Positions 43,172 to 53,818 of a stretch of DNA of 64,000 nt are shown piece after piece (position 1 is the stretch's first letter; each line of letters opens with the position of its first letter). Source of the stretch: Elusimicrobiota bacterium (GTDB taxonomy: Bacteria > Elusimicrobiota > Elusimicrobia > F11); the NCBI GenBank assembly GCA_022072025.1, contig JAJVIP010000001.1, positions 4,729 to 68,728 on the forward strand. Reading direction: 5' to 3'. The notes under the pieces were generated by a model. The model worked only from the letters and a program-made list of their open reading frames with translations, made no database searches and was not told where the DNA came from. Made by a program: the position numbers and the translations under genes.

Positions 43172-45073
43172 ATGTGTGGCATTTGTGGCGAATTAAATTG
43201 GAATTCAACCACTCCCGTTGACCCGGCGCGTTTGGAGCGAATGAACCGTTCCTTGCTCCATCGCGGACCAGATCAAGATGGGTTTTACATGGATCAATTT
43301 TCCTCCGGCTCCATTGGGTTAGCGATGCGAAGACTCTCAATTATCGATCTGACCACGGGGAAACAACCCATTTTTAATGAAACAAGAGACGTGGTGGTTG
43401 TTTACAACGGTGAAACATACAATTTTCAAGAGGTGCGCGCGGAATTGGAGGCGGCGGGCCATATTTTTAAAACACACTCAGATACCGAAGTCCTGGTTCA
43501 TGGCTATGAAGTGTGGGGCGACTCGATGCCAGAAAAACTCAATGGCATGTTTGCTTTTGCTCTTTGGGACAAAAAGCGGGAACGGTTGCTTTTGGGGCGC
43601 GATCGGATGGGCATCAAGCCGCTTTATTACGCACTTTTGAAGGACAAATTGATTTTTGGTTCAGAAATTAAGGCGCTTTTGGAACATCCGGCTGTTCCAC
43701 GGGACATTGACCCCTTGGCGATTGATGACTTCTTGTCTCTTCGTTATATCCCCACCCCCCATTCGATCTACAAGGCCATTCGCAAGCTGGAGCCGGGAAC
43801 GTTATTAATATGGGAAAAAGGGCGAACTGAATTTAAACGATACTGGAATTTTGTGCCTCATATGGGGCCGGACAAGGGATTGTCGTATTATTTGGAAAAA
43901 ACCGATGCCTTATTGGCCGACGCCGTGAAGCTCCAAATGATTTCAGAGGTTCCTCTCGGAACTTTCTTATCCGGCGGCGTTGATTCACCGACCATTTCAT
44001 ATTACGCCAAAAAACAAAAGCCGGATCTCATGTCATTCACGATCTATTTCAAAGAAAAATCCTTTTCAGAGCGGGAAGAGGCCAGAGGCGTGGCGGAGCA
44101 TTTGGGAACACATCACATTGAAAAAGAAGTTTCTCCCGATATTTTGTCGATGATTCCTCATTTGGTCGATATTTTTGATGAACCTTTCGGGGACGATTCC
44201 ATGGTCCCGACTTATTTTTTGACCAAGATGGCGCGAGAACGCATGACGGTGGCCCTTTCAGGGGACGGAGGAGACGAACTTTTTGGCGGATACCCTACCT
44301 ATATTGCCGACCATATGGCCAAAATCTATCGAAGCATCCCGGCGACGCTTCGACGCCATGTGATTGAGCCCCTTGTGAACCATCTTCCCGTTTCCCACAA
44401 CCGGATCAGTTTAGATTACAAAGCCAAAGCGTTTGTGGCCGTGGCTGATCGTTCCTCTCCACTTGAACATTTCGGATGGACGGAAAGTTTTCGAAGCGAA
44501 GTTAAAAAAGGTTTGTATTCAGAGAAATTTTGGCAAGAGGTGGGGCTTCGTCCGTTGGGAGAGAGTTTTACGCGGGCTTACCAGCAAGCCATCGGCCGCG
44601 AGGGATTGGAAAAGTTCCTTTATGTTGATCAAAACACCCATCTCTTGGACGAGTTCTTGGTCAAAGTCGATCGATTGAGCATGGCCCACTCTCTTGAAGT
44701 TCGCCCCCCCTTCCTGGATCATCGGATCGTTGAGTTTGCGGCGGAGATTCCGTTTCACTACAAAGTCAAAGGGTGGACCACAAAATATTTGCTTCGTAAA
44801 TTGATGAAGGGACGGTTGCCGAAATTTATTACCAATGGGTCCAAAAAAGGGTTCTCCCCCCCCATGGCCACTTGGCTTGCCACTGATTTGGTGGGTTGGG
44901 CGCGTCATAAATTTTCCCCTTCCCGCATCAAGGATATTCCTTATTTAAACCCCCATGTTCCACTCCAGATATTGGAGGCTCATCTCAAACGGAAAACCAA
45001 CCTTGCCCGCCGCCTCTGGACTTTGCTGATGTTTGTGGAATGGTACGACCGGAAAATTCTCGGACGCGATTAA
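43172..45073 (+). CDS. asnB: Asparagine synthase (glutamine-hydrolysing)
   Basis: 633 aa with the N-terminal nucleophile MCGI, a GATase II domain and the SGGVDS PP-loop. Confidence 0.92.
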   Translation: MCGICGELNWNSTTPVDPARLERMNRSLLHRGPDQDGFYMDQFSSGSIGLAMRRLSIIDLTTGKQPIFNETRDVVVVYNGETYNFQEVRAELEAAGHIFKTHSDTEVLVHGYEVWGDSMPEKLNGMFAFALWDKKRERLLLGRDRMGIKPLYYALLKDKLIFGSEIKALLEHPAVPRDIDPLAIDDFLSLRYIPTPHSIYKAIRKLEPGTLLIWEKGRTEFKRYWNFVPHMGPDKGLSYYLEKTDALLADAVKLQMISEVPLGTFLSGGVDSPTISYYAKKQKPDLMSFTIYFKEKSFSEREEARGVAEHLGTHHIEKEVSPDILSMIPHLVDIFDEPFGDDSMVPTYFLTKMARERMTVALSGDGGDELFGGYPTYIADHMAKIYRSIPATLRRHVIEPLVNHLPVSHNRISLDYKAKAFVAVADRSSPLEHFGWTESFRSEVKKGLYSEKFWQEVGLRPLGESFTRAYQQAIGREGLEKFLYVDQNTHLLDEFLVKVDRLSMAHSLEVRPPFLDHRIVEFAAEIPFHYKVKGWTTKYLLRKLMKGRLPKFITNGSKKGFSPPMATWLATDLVGWARHKFSPSRIKDIPYLNPHVPLQILEAHLKRKTNLARRLWTLLMFVEWYDRKILGRD

Positions 45074-45561
45074 GGGGATTTCTTCCGCTTGTCTTTTTTC
45101 TTTTTGGATTGTGATGGTGAGACCTGAGTTGAAGTATCCACCTCGTAAACCGGTGGGGGCAGTAAATCATCCCCTAAAAATTCAAGGCGGGTTTTAAATT
45201 CTTTAACACGTTTATGTAATTCCGAATAATCCAACTGGGCCTCAGCGGCCAACTCTCGAAGGCTGACTTTGTCTTTGAGGCGCCTTTGGCCGTAATCTTT
45301 CAGTGGTTTCCCTGTCGCACTGGAGATGAAGATGAGCGTGATGATCTCAGACCTTCCAAACCCGCGTTTTTCAAATTTCACCAATTCACGTAAGTCAATG
45401 TTGGTTTCTTGGGCCAAATGTCGATAAAAGGGAGATCCGATGGGGTGGGTCGATACCGGGAGGCCTTCATCATAGAACGCAGCCTGTAGGGGAGCTATGA
45501 AGCCAAAGATGGCCAAAATTCCAAGCAAGCCCCAACCCCTCCAAAGCTTTCGTCCACACAC
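45070..45561 (-). CDS. Hypothetical secreted protein with a Lys-rich tail
   Basis: 163 aa. It has a signal-like N-terminus (LLGILAIFGFIAPLQA) and the C-terminal KKKKDKRKK. It is convergent with asnB, with a 4-nt overlap. Confidence 0.55.
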   Translation of the reverse strand: MCGRKLWRGWGLLGILAIFGFIAPLQAAFYDEGLPVSTHPIGSPFYRHLAQETNIDLRELVKFEKRGFGRSEIITLIFISSATGKPLKDYGQRRLKDKVSLRELAAEAQLDYSELHKRVKEFKTRLEFLGDDLLPPPVYEVDTSTQVSPSQSKKKKDKRKKSP

Positions 45562-45567
45562 TGGAAT

Positions 45568-46584
45568 TTACCGGGACATTGAAGAGGTTGCGGAGAGTTT
45601 ACGAACCGTGATGTGTGGCTGTTTGAGCAGTTGGAGAGCTTCGCTGCCCAGCGGATAGGCGTCGTTGTAAACGACTTCAGAAATACCGGAGTTGATGATC
45701 ATTTTTGTGCATATGAGGCAGGGAGAAAAGGTGGTGTAGAGAGTGGCGCCTTTGATTCCAATCCCATGATAGGAGGCTTGAACGATGGCGTTTTCCTCCG
45801 CATGAGAGCAATAACATTCGGTTAACCCTTGCCCGCTTGGTTTGAACGCGTTGCAACGAGGGCAGCCGCCTTCGTTGCAGTTGACGGTTCCTCTGGGAGT
45901 TCCATTGTACCCGGTTGAAATGATGCGACCTTCTTTCACAATAACCGCCGCGACCTTTCTTTTCATGCAATTGGACCGAGAGGCGACCACTCGAGCAATA
46001 CGCATGAAATACTCATCCCATGAGGGACGAGGGGCATGCATTAATATGCGGGTGCAAAGTTGATTGAGTTTGGCATGGAGAACATCGATGGAGCCATTGT
46101 TGGTGATCACATGGTCCGCCAAAGCCGCGCAGGCGATTAAGTTTTGTTTGGTCGGTTCGGAACTACGCAATTCTTTGTTTTCATGTTTCACAAATTCATC
46201 GAATGTTTTGGCGTCGGCCTCGCGGTTTCTGGAGAGCATTCGTTCAAAACGTTTTTTCTGTGACGCCTCAACGGATAAGAGCACAAAATCTTTGGTGCGT
46301 TTGAAGGCTTTGACTTCTTCAGGGTTTCGAAAAGAATCGATGACGTAATGGTGGTCATCTTGGAGACGGCCCAATATTTTGTCGGCCAAGACGGACGGGC
46401 CTTTTTCATCCCGTAATTTATTCCCAAGCCAAATTAAATTGACCCGAGAGACGGTCTTTTTTCTTTTGATCAGTTCTTCTCTTAAGACATCAGAGAGCGA
46501 ATAAAATGTGAATCCGCGGTCTTTGAGATATTTGGCGACCTCACCTTTTCCGGACGCGTTTCTGCCTGTTAATCCAATTATCAT
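45568..46584 (-). CDS. Fusion of a P-loop nucleotide-kinase-like domain and dCMP deaminase
   Basis: 338 aa. The N-terminal P-loop is IIGLTGRNASGKG. The C-terminal CDA fold has CSHAEENAI and PCLICTKMI. Confidence 0.8.
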   Translation of the reverse strand: MIIGLTGRNASGKGEVAKYLKDRGFTFYSLSDVLREELIKRKKTVSRVNLIWLGNKLRDEKGPSVLADKILGRLQDDHHYVIDSFRNPEEVKAFKRTKDFVLLSVEASQKKRFERMLSRNREADAKTFDEFVKHENKELRSSEPTKQNLIACAALADHVITNNGSIDVLHAKLNQLCTRILMHAPRPSWDEYFMRIARVVASRSNCMKRKVAAVIVKEGRIISTGYNGTPRGTVNCNEGGCPRCNAFKPSGQGLTECYCSHAEENAIVQASYHGIGIKGATLYTTFSPCLICTKMIINSGISEVVYNDAYPLGSEALQLLKQPHITVRKLSATSSMSR

Positions 46585-46630
46585 AAAGCGCTATTCTCCA
46601 ATTTCAATTTTCGCTCCTTTCATAAATGTT

Positions 46631-46702
46631 TGTGCTCGTTGGGATTCGAACCCAAAACGCAAGCTTCGGAGGCTTGAATGATATCCGTTTCACTACGAGC
46701 AC
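46631..46702 (-). tRNA. tRNA-Arg (anticodon CCG)
   Basis: The 72-nt cloverleaf folds by hand. The acceptor is GTGCTCG/CGAGCAC, the anticodon stem is CAAGC/GCTTG with loop CTCCGAA, and the T-arm is TTGGG-TTCGAAT-CCCAA. Confidence 0.9.
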
Positions 46703-46716
46703 AAAACCGAGTTATT

Positions 46717-49347
46717 CTAAAGAAGAGTGGGAATTTTTTCTACCAATGATTTCAGCTTGGCGAACCCTTCTCCTCCTCCTTGGGCGAAGTCGGGGCGACC
46801 CCCTCCGGAACCGGAGAGTTCGGCCGCGGCGGATTTTGCCAATTTTCCGGCATCGAGCCCTTTGGTTTTGAGGTCAGGCGTGACCGCAAAAACGAAAGAT
46901 ACTTTTTCTTTTCCTTCATCCAGAATTTTGGTGGCCACGAACACCACGCCGGATTTGATTTGATCTTTCATTCGGTCCGCAAGCGTACGAAGTTCTTTGA
47001 CTTCCAACCCTTCCACCACATTGATGGCCAGATGGGTTCCCTTGATCAATTGTGTGGGAGGAGTGGCTTGTTGATGTCCCCCTCCCCCTTGAGCCAATTT
47101 GAGTTTTAGGTCGGATATTTCCTGTTCCAATTGTCGTTGCCGTTCCACCAATTTGGAAACGCGTTGAGAGGCTTCTTCCGGCGATGTTTTAAGCGTTTCG
47201 GCAATGGAGTTCAGCATGGATTCTTGTTGGCGCAGAATCTCGATGGTTCGTAAACCGGCCACAGCTTCCATGCGCCGGACGCCCGCGGCCACGGAAGAAT
47301 CACTGATGATCTTAAACGCACCGATGTCGCCAGTGGCAGATACGTGCGTACCGCCGCACAATTCGAGGCTGAAGGCCTCCGAAAAATCTTCAAAGCCTTT
47401 GCCCGATACCAACAAGCAACGAACTTCGTTACCGTACTTTTCACCGAAGAGGGCCATGGCGCCCATCTTCTTGGCTTGGTCCGCTGAAAAGACTTGAGGG
47501 GTCACTTTCATGTTTTGAAGGATCGCGGCATTGACGATATCTTCCACTTCTTTTATCTGGCTCGGAGTGAGAGGTTTGTTGTGGGTGTAATCGAACCGCA
47601 AGCGCGAGGGTTCCACCAAAGATCCCGCTTGCGTGACGGTTTTACCGAGAACTCTTCGCAAGGCGGCATGGAGCAAATGGGTGGCGGTATGATGGCGTTG
47701 GGTGGGATTGCGATGATCTTTGTTAACCAGAAACTCTACCGTGTCGCCCATTTTTAAATCTTTTTTGGTCTTCACTTCATGAACAATCAAATCGGGAACT
47801 GGTTTTTGGGTGTCGAACACATCAGCCAAAATGTCGCCTGAAGAGGCGCGGATAAAACCTTTATCTCCCACCTGTCCGCCGCCTTCCGGGTAGAACGGTG
47901 TTTGCCCGGTTACGATTTCGCCGACTTCCCCCGCTTTAAGGGTGTCCACCAATTTCCCATCCTTGAGAAGCGCGAGAAGAGTCGACTGCGTTTTGAGAGA
48001 GTCATATCCCTTGAACACAGAGGGCCCTTGTTTCGTTTTGATTTCATTGTAGATGGTCACATCTTTCGCCCCTGATCCCTTCCAGCCTTCGCGAGCGATA
48101 CCACGAGCTTCTTCTTCGGCTTGTCGGAAACCCATTTCGTCTAGTTTCATGCCTTGTTCCGCCAACATCTCTTTGGTGACTTCAACAGGAAACCCATATG
48201 TTCCGTAAAGGAGGAACGCATCTTTTCCGGAAAGGATCGATGACCCCTTGTTTATTTGAACGAGGTCGCGGAATTTTTGGAGACCGGTTTCGAGAGTTTC
48301 ATGGAATCTTTCCTCCTCTTGTCGAATTAAGAGGGCGATATTCTCTTGACGCGATAATAAATCAGCGGCGGTGTCCTTCATGAGTTGTGCCACAAGCGGG
48401 ACCCCTTTGAATAGGAAGGGTTCTTTTTTTCCAAACAGCGTTCCTTGACGCGTGGCACGGCGCAGCAAACGCCGCAACACATAGCCGCGGCCTTCATTGG
48501 AGGGCAAGATGCCCTCAAACACGAGAAAGGTAACCGCTCGCAAATGATCGGCAATAATGCGCATCGCGACGTCTTTTTTGGGCTCGGAGCCATATTGATA
48601 GGAGAAGGTTGACTCTCCAAACTGAACCAAGGGCTTGAGGAGTGATGTTTCAAAATTTGTTTTGGCGTTTTCTACAACAGAGGCAAGACGTTCAAGTCCC
48701 ATCCCGGTGTCAATGTTTTTCTTGGGGAGAGGCAATAGTTTTCCATCAACCTGTCGGTCGAACTGCGTGAAAACGAGATTCCACACTTCCATAAATCGAT
48801 CGGATTCATCGAGAACTTTGCCGTCCTCTTTATCTTCTTTGTCCCAATAGATTTCTGAGCAGGGGCCGCAAGGACCGGTGGGGCCCATGGTCCAGAAATT
48901 GGATTCTTCCCCCATTCGGACAATGCGGTTGGCCGGTACAATTTTTTTCCAAATTCTCTCTGCTTCATCGTCTTCTTTATAGATGGAAATCCACAAACGC
49001 TTTGGATTGAGGGCCAAATCTTTGGTGAGAAATTCCCAAGACCAAGCGATGGCCTCTTCTTTAAAATAATCGCCAAATGAAAAATTACCCAGCATTTCAA
49101 AGAAAGTCAGGTGACGAGCGGTAAGGCCCACCTGGTCGATGTCGGTCGTTCGGAGGCAACGTTGACTGGAGGCGGCTCGAGTGAAGGTGAGCGGAATCTG
49201 TTGTAAAAAATGGGCTTTGAATTGGACCATTCCTGCCGAGGTAAACAGCAAAGTGGGATCGCTCAAAGGAACCAACGAATCCGATGGGACGATCGTGTGG
49301 CCCTTGCTTTTGAAAAAGTCCAGATACGCTTTTCGGATATTCTTCAC
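46717..49347 (-). CDS. alaS: Alanine--tRNA ligase
   Basis: 876 aa with class II AlaRS N-terminal blocks (FFKSKGHTIVPS, FTSAGMVQFK) and the editing-domain HxxxH/CGGTH motifs. The GTG start overlaps the purH stop by 1 nt. Confidence 0.95.
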   Translation of the reverse strand: MKNIRKAYLDFFKSKGHTIVPSDSLVPLSDPTLLFTSAGMVQFKAHFLQQIPLTFTRAASSQRCLRTTDIDQVGLTARHLTFFEMLGNFSFGDYFKEEAIAWSWEFLTKDLALNPKRLWISIYKEDDEAERIWKKIVPANRIVRMGEESNFWTMGPTGPCGPCSEIYWDKEDKEDGKVLDESDRFMEVWNLVFTQFDRQVDGKLLPLPKKNIDTGMGLERLASVVENAKTNFETSLLKPLVQFGESTFSYQYGSEPKKDVAMRIIADHLRAVTFLVFEGILPSNEGRGYVLRRLLRRATRQGTLFGKKEPFLFKGVPLVAQLMKDTAADLLSRQENIALLIRQEEERFHETLETGLQKFRDLVQINKGSSILSGKDAFLLYGTYGFPVEVTKEMLAEQGMKLDEMGFRQAEEEARGIAREGWKGSGAKDVTIYNEIKTKQGPSVFKGYDSLKTQSTLLALLKDGKLVDTLKAGEVGEIVTGQTPFYPEGGGQVGDKGFIRASSGDILADVFDTQKPVPDLIVHEVKTKKDLKMGDTVEFLVNKDHRNPTQRHHTATHLLHAALRRVLGKTVTQAGSLVEPSRLRFDYTHNKPLTPSQIKEVEDIVNAAILQNMKVTPQVFSADQAKKMGAMALFGEKYGNEVRCLLVSGKGFEDFSEAFSLELCGGTHVSATGDIGAFKIISDSSVAAGVRRMEAVAGLRTIEILRQQESMLNSIAETLKTSPEEASQRVSKLVERQRQLEQEISDLKLKLAQGGGGHQQATPPTQLIKGTHLAINVVEGLEVKELRTLADRMKDQIKSGVVFVATKILDEGKEKVSFVFAVTPDLKTKGLDAGKLAKSAAAELSGSGGGRPDFAQGGGEGFAKLKSLVEKIPTLL

Positions 49348-50900
49348 TAGTGTTTGAAATGCCTCGTGCCAGTGAAGACCATGGTCATGCCATGTTCATC
49401 CGCGGCCTGTATGGAGTCATTGTCGCGAATGGAACCGCCGGGTTGAATGATGGCGGTGACGCCAATTCGGGCGGCCTCGTCCACCACGTCACGAAATGGG
49501 AAGAAAGCGTCAGACGCCATCACGAGAGATTCGCCCATATCCAATTTGGCTTGTTTCATTTTGATGGAAGCGATTTTGATGCTATCGATACGGGACATTT
49601 GTCCGGCTCCAATGCCGACTGTTTGTCGGCCTCTGGCTAGAACAATGGCGTTCGACTTCACATGTTTGGCAATGCGCCAGGAGAAGTCGAGCGACGCCCG
49701 TTCCATTTCGGATGGTTGGCGTTTGCTGACCACTTTAAATTCAGCTCCCGAAAGGTGGTCAATATCTTGCACCAGGTAACCCCCCGATATTCGTCGAACA
49801 TCCATTTGATAAGGAGCCGCGAGAAGTGTGGGTTGTTCCAACAAACGAACATTTTTTTTGGTTTTGAATATTTCAATTGCTTCGGGATGAAAACTGGGGG
49901 CAATAATGCATTCCACAAACAGCTTGCTCACTTCTTCGGCTGTTTCCCGGTCGACCGCGCGGTTAAAACCGATGATGCCGCCAAACGCACTGACCGGATC
50001 ACACATAAGGGCCCAACGATAGGCTTCCGCAGGGGATTTCGCGGTGGCCACGCCGCAGGGATTGTTGTGTTTGATAATCACACAGACGGGTTCGGTGAAA
50101 CTAAGGGCGACTTGCCAGGCGGCCTCGCAATCGAGGTAATTGTTGAAAGAAATTTCTTTGCCCTGAAGAATGTTCGCAGAAACCACTCCCCATGACGAGG
50201 TGCCTGATTCCCTGTACACGGCGGCCTCTTGGTGTGGGTTTTCGCCATATCTCAAGTTCTTGATTTTTCGCAGGCCAATGGTCATTTCATCTGAAAACTT
50301 CTCTTTGATTTCCCATCTGGATTTGAGATGGGTGGAAATAACGGCGTCATAATGCGCGGTGTGGGCAAAGGCTTTGACGGCCATTTTGCGACGAAAATCT
50401 TCTGAGACACCGGTTGGGTTTTGAATTTCTTGAAGGGCGGGACCATAGTCATTGGGGTCGCAAAGCACCAATACATTCTTGTAGTTTTTGGCCGCCGCGC
50501 GCAGCAGGGCCACGCCGCCTATATCGATAAATTCCACCAACTCATCATCGTCCATGGATTTTCCTTGGATGACTTTTTCAAAGGGGTAAAGGTTAACCGC
50601 GATGAGGTCAAAGGGCGCGATGCCATGGGTTTCCATGGCGTTGGCATGTTCGGGTTTATCAGGAAGGCCCAAAAGACCGCCAAAAACTTTGGGATGAAGT
50701 GTTTTGACTCGCCCGTCTAAAATTTCAGGGAACCCGGTGAGAGCGGAGACTTCAGTGACATTCACCTCGGCTTGCCGGAGGATACTCGCCGTTCCGCCGG
50801 TTGAAATGATTTCGGTCCCCAGATCAGCCAATCGATGGGCCAAATCCACAACACCATTTTTTTCGGTAACTGATAAAAGTGCTCGACGAAAAGAAGCCAT
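49347..50900 (-). CDS. purH: Bifunctional AICAR transformylase / IMP cyclohydrolase
   Basis: 517 aa with [17 protein letters not shown] and [10 protein letters not shown] blocks. The C-terminus FTGTRHFKH is characteristic. Confidence 0.95.
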   Translation of the reverse strand: MASFRRALLSVTEKNGVVDLAHRLADLGTEIISTGGTASILRQAEVNVTEVSALTGFPEILDGRVKTLHPKVFGGLLGLPDKPEHANAMETHGIAPFDLIAVNLYPFEKVIQGKSMDDDELVEFIDIGGVALLRAAAKNYKNVLVLCDPNDYGPALQEIQNPTGVSEDFRRKMAVKAFAHTAHYDAVISTHLKSRWEIKEKFSDEMTIGLRKIKNLRYGENPHQEAAVYRESGTSSWGVVSANILQGKEISFNNYLDCEAAWQVALSFTEPVCVIIKHNNPCGVATAKSPAEAYRWALMCDPVSAFGGIIGFNRAVDRETAEEVSKLFVECIIAPSFHPEAIEIFKTKKNVRLLEQPTLLAAPYQMDVRRISGGYLVQDIDHLSGAEFKVVSKRQPSEMERASLDFSWRIAKHVKSNAIVLARGRQTVGIGAGQMSRIDSIKIASIKMKQAKLDMGESLVMASDAFFPFRDVVDEAARIGVTAIIQPGGSIRDNDSIQAADEHGMTMVFTGTRHFKH

Positions 50901-50929
50901 TCAAACCTCCTGAAGGTACAGGGAAAAAT

Positions 50930-52969
50930 TTAGGAAGGCTGGGAAGATACTTTATTAATCATAGAGAGAAAAGCGTCCTCTGTGAGGACGGTGATGCCCA
51001 GTTTTTCAGCTTGTTTGAGTTTGCTGCCGGCTTTTTCTCCGGCCACCACATAGTCTGTTTTGGCAGAAACGCTTCCTGTTGTTTTCCCCCCCAATGATCT
51101 CACCAAACGTTCGGCATCTGGTCTCGTATAGGATCTCAATTCTCCTGTGAAGACCCACGTTTTTCCCGCAAAGGGGGTGTGCATGGGTTTTGTTTCACGA
51201 GAGACGCGGGGATCAATGCCCATTTGTCTTAATTTGCGAATCGTTTCAAGGGAGCGGGATTGTTTAAAATATTGGCGGATGGATTCCGCTATAACGGGTC
51301 CCACTTCTGAAACCTTTTGCAGTTCATCCAATGTGGCGTTTTGCAGCTTTTCCAAAGATTCAAATTTTTCGGCCAGGGTGAGGGCTGTTTTTTCTCCCAC
51401 GTTGGGAATGCCAAGGCCGTAAATCAATCTTTCCAGGGGGCGGTTTTTGGCTTGATCAATGGCTCGGATGAGATTATCGGCGCGTTTATCGGCGAAGAGG
51501 TCCAATTTCAGAAGTTGGTCCTTCTTTAAGGAGAAAATGTCAGCGAGGTTGGTCAGACCGGGGTTTTCCAACAATTGATGCACCACCGCCTCACCCATTC
51601 CTTCAATATCCATCGCATTTCGACTGGCAAAATGCAATAGAGTCCGTTCCAATTGGATCGGACAATGCGGATTTACGCAACGAAGGGCGACTTCTCCTTT
51701 CAAATGTTTCACCGGTGAGTGGCATGCCGGGCACTGATGAGGTGGAATCACAGGTTTCTCTTGACCTGTTCTGTGGTCTGTGAGGACCTTCACAACCTTG
51801 GGGATGACTTCTCCGGCCCGCTCGATCATCACGGTGTCGCCTACACGGACATCGAGCCGTTTAACTTCGTCGTAATTGTGAAGCGTGGCATTGGAGATCG
51901 TAACTCCGCCACATTCAACGGGTTTCAACTTTGCGGCTGGAGTGATAACACCGGTTCGTCCCACAGAGTGGATAATGTCGAGAACTTGAGTGGTCGCTTG
52001 TTTGGCGGGAAATTTATAAGCAAAGGCATACCGAGGTGATTTGGCGGTGAAGCCAAGAATTTTTTGTTGTTCCAAATTGTTGATTCTGACCACCACTCCA
52101 TCAATTTCAAAAGCCAAGGTGTCTCGGTCTTCTTGAAGTCGAAAGAGAGAAGAAATAACAGAATCAATCGAGTTCACCACCCAAAGTGGTTTGGCCACTG
52201 GCAAACCAGCGGTTTCACAGGTGTTAAGAAACTCAGTGTAATGTTTATATTGCGCTCCTCCCAGATTCCCATAGGAATGAGCGAAAAACTTCAAAGGGCG
52301 ACTGGCCGTGATAGAAGAATCTTTTTGACGCAATGAACCCGCTGCGGCATTTCGGGGGTTCGCAAAGGGCTCCTGTCCGCTTTCCAGGAGGCCCGTGTTC
52401 ATATTCCTAAAATCTTCTAAGTCCATGTAAACCTCCCCCCTCACCTCAAACACATCCGAGGGTGTTGTTCTTAATTTGAGGGGAATGGCCTTGATGGTTC
52501 GCGCGTTGGCTGTGACGTCCTCCCCCGACGTGCCGTCTCCCCGGGTGGCCGCTTTGTGGAGCAACCCTTTTTCATAGATCAGCGAAAGTGAAAGCCCATC
52601 AATTTTGGGGTTCAAAACAAATTCAGTCGGACGATCCCCCAGAATCTTGGTAACCCGTTCCAACCAGGCGCGAACATCCATTTCTGAATAGCTGTTGTCC
52701 AAGGAAAGCATGGGAACCGTGTGACGAATTTGGCCAAAGGTTGAAATGGGTTTCCCGGAAACGCGTTGGGTGGGTGAATCAGGTGTAATGAGGCGTGGAT
52801 GGGTGGATTCAATTTCCTTGAGGCGATGATAGAGTTGATCGTACTCCGCGTCAGAAATGGACGGTTTGTCCAATACGTAATAGAGGTGATCGTGATGACG
52901 AATCTTCTCTCGAAGAGATTCCAGTTCTGAGATTATTTTATCAGGGCTTTCGGTTCTCTTGGCGTTCAT
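50930..52969 (-). CDS. ligA: NAD-dependent DNA ligase
   Basis: 679 aa with the adenylation motif KIDGLS, a Cys4 zinc finger (CPACHSP...CVNPHCP), HhH repeats and a BRCT tail. Confidence 0.95.
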   Translation of the reverse strand: MNAKRTESPDKIISELESLREKIRHHDHLYYVLDKPSISDAEYDQLYHRLKEIESTHPRLITPDSPTQRVSGKPISTFGQIRHTVPMLSLDNSYSEMDVRAWLERVTKILGDRPTEFVLNPKIDGLSLSLIYEKGLLHKAATRGDGTSGEDVTANARTIKAIPLKLRTTPSDVFEVRGEVYMDLEDFRNMNTGLLESGQEPFANPRNAAAGSLRQKDSSITASRPLKFFAHSYGNLGGAQYKHYTEFLNTCETAGLPVAKPLWVVNSIDSVISSLFRLQEDRDTLAFEIDGVVVRINNLEQQKILGFTAKSPRYAFAYKFPAKQATTQVLDIIHSVGRTGVITPAAKLKPVECGGVTISNATLHNYDEVKRLDVRVGDTVMIERAGEVIPKVVKVLTDHRTGQEKPVIPPHQCPACHSPVKHLKGEVALRCVNPHCPIQLERTLLHFASRNAMDIEGMGEAVVHQLLENPGLTNLADIFSLKKDQLLKLDLFADKRADNLIRAIDQAKNRPLERLIYGLGIPNVGEKTALTLAEKFESLEKLQNATLDELQKVSEVGPVIAESIRQYFKQSRSLETIRKLRQMGIDPRVSRETKPMHTPFAGKTWVFTGELRSYTRPDAERLVRSLGGKTTGSVSAKTDYVVAGEKAGSKLKQAEKLGITVLTEDAFLSMINKVSSQPS

Positions 52970-53360
52970 TTTTAATCTTGTCCAAAATTCCGTTCACAAA
53001 TTTCCCCGATTCATCGGTCGAAAAAATTTTGGCTATTTCCACTGCTTCATCAATAATGACGGACACCGGTGTTTCAAGTTCATGGAGAAGTTCAAAGGCG
53101 CCCAAGCGCAGAATATTTCGGTCCAAAGCCGCCATGCGTTTTAATTCCCAATTTTTGGCGCATTTTTGGATCAGGCCGTCCAATTTTTCCATGACCAAGG
53201 CTGTTCCCTCCACCAGGCGTCTTGAGAAATCAGCGATTTGTTTTTCAGGTTGGGCCCCATATAAAACGGCGCGGATGGCCTTTTCCTGATCGAGTCTGGC
53301 GATGTCCATGAGGTACAGGATTTGGAGCGCATATTCTCGACCTTTTCGACGGGCGCCCAT
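52941..53360 (-). CDS. nusB: Transcription antitermination factor NusB
   Basis: The start was chosen at [16 protein letters not shown] (ATG at 53360), 2 nt after the ribH stop. The longer ORF to 53549 runs inside ribH. Confidence 0.88.
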   Translation of the reverse strand: MGARRKGREYALQILYLMDIARLDQEKAIRAVLYGAQPEKQIADFSRRLVEGTALVMEKLDGLIQKCAKNWELKRMAALDRNILRLGAFELLHELETPVSVIIDEAVEIAKIFSTDESGKFVNGILDKIKNERQENRKP

Positions 53361-53362
53361 AA

Positions 53363-53818
53363 TTACAGAAGGCCTTTCTGTTTTAAATGAATAATTTCTA
53401 AGGCTGCCTCGGCTACCTCTTTTCCGCGGTTGAGAGGGCCTGGTTTGGCGCGCTTCAGGGCTTGAGCGTCTGATTTCGGAGTTAACACTCCAAAAAAAGT
53501 GGGGACGCCTGTCTTTAAGCTCACCTGGCCAATGCCGATGGCTGCCCACGCAGACACGAAGAGATCATGGGACGTTTCCCCTTTGATGACGCAACCGAGA
53601 CAAATGATTGCGTCGAACTTTTTTTTCCGCGCCATTTTGTTGGCCACATAAGGTAATTCATAAGCCCCGGGGACCCAAACCAATTGAATGTTTGATTTGT
53701 GGATTCCGTGCGCCAATAGTTCATTTTCGCAACATTTGAGAAGGTTTGAGGTTATTTTCAGGTTAAACTTCGAAACCAAAATGGCCAAACGGATTTTTCT
53801 TAAATTCACATTTTTCAT
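53363..53818 (-). CDS. ribH: 6,7-dimethyl-8-ribityllumazine synthase
   Basis: 151 aa with the VPGAYELP and TSHDLFV-type blocks. It lies in the rib operon. Confidence 0.92.
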   Translation of the reverse strand: MKNVNLRKIRLAILVSKFNLKITSNLLKCCENELLAHGIHKSNIQLVWVPGAYELPYVANKMARKKKFDAIICLGCVIKGETSHDLFVSAWAAIGIGQVSLKTGVPTFFGVLTPKSDAQALKRAKPGPLNRGKEVAEAALEIIHLKQKGLL

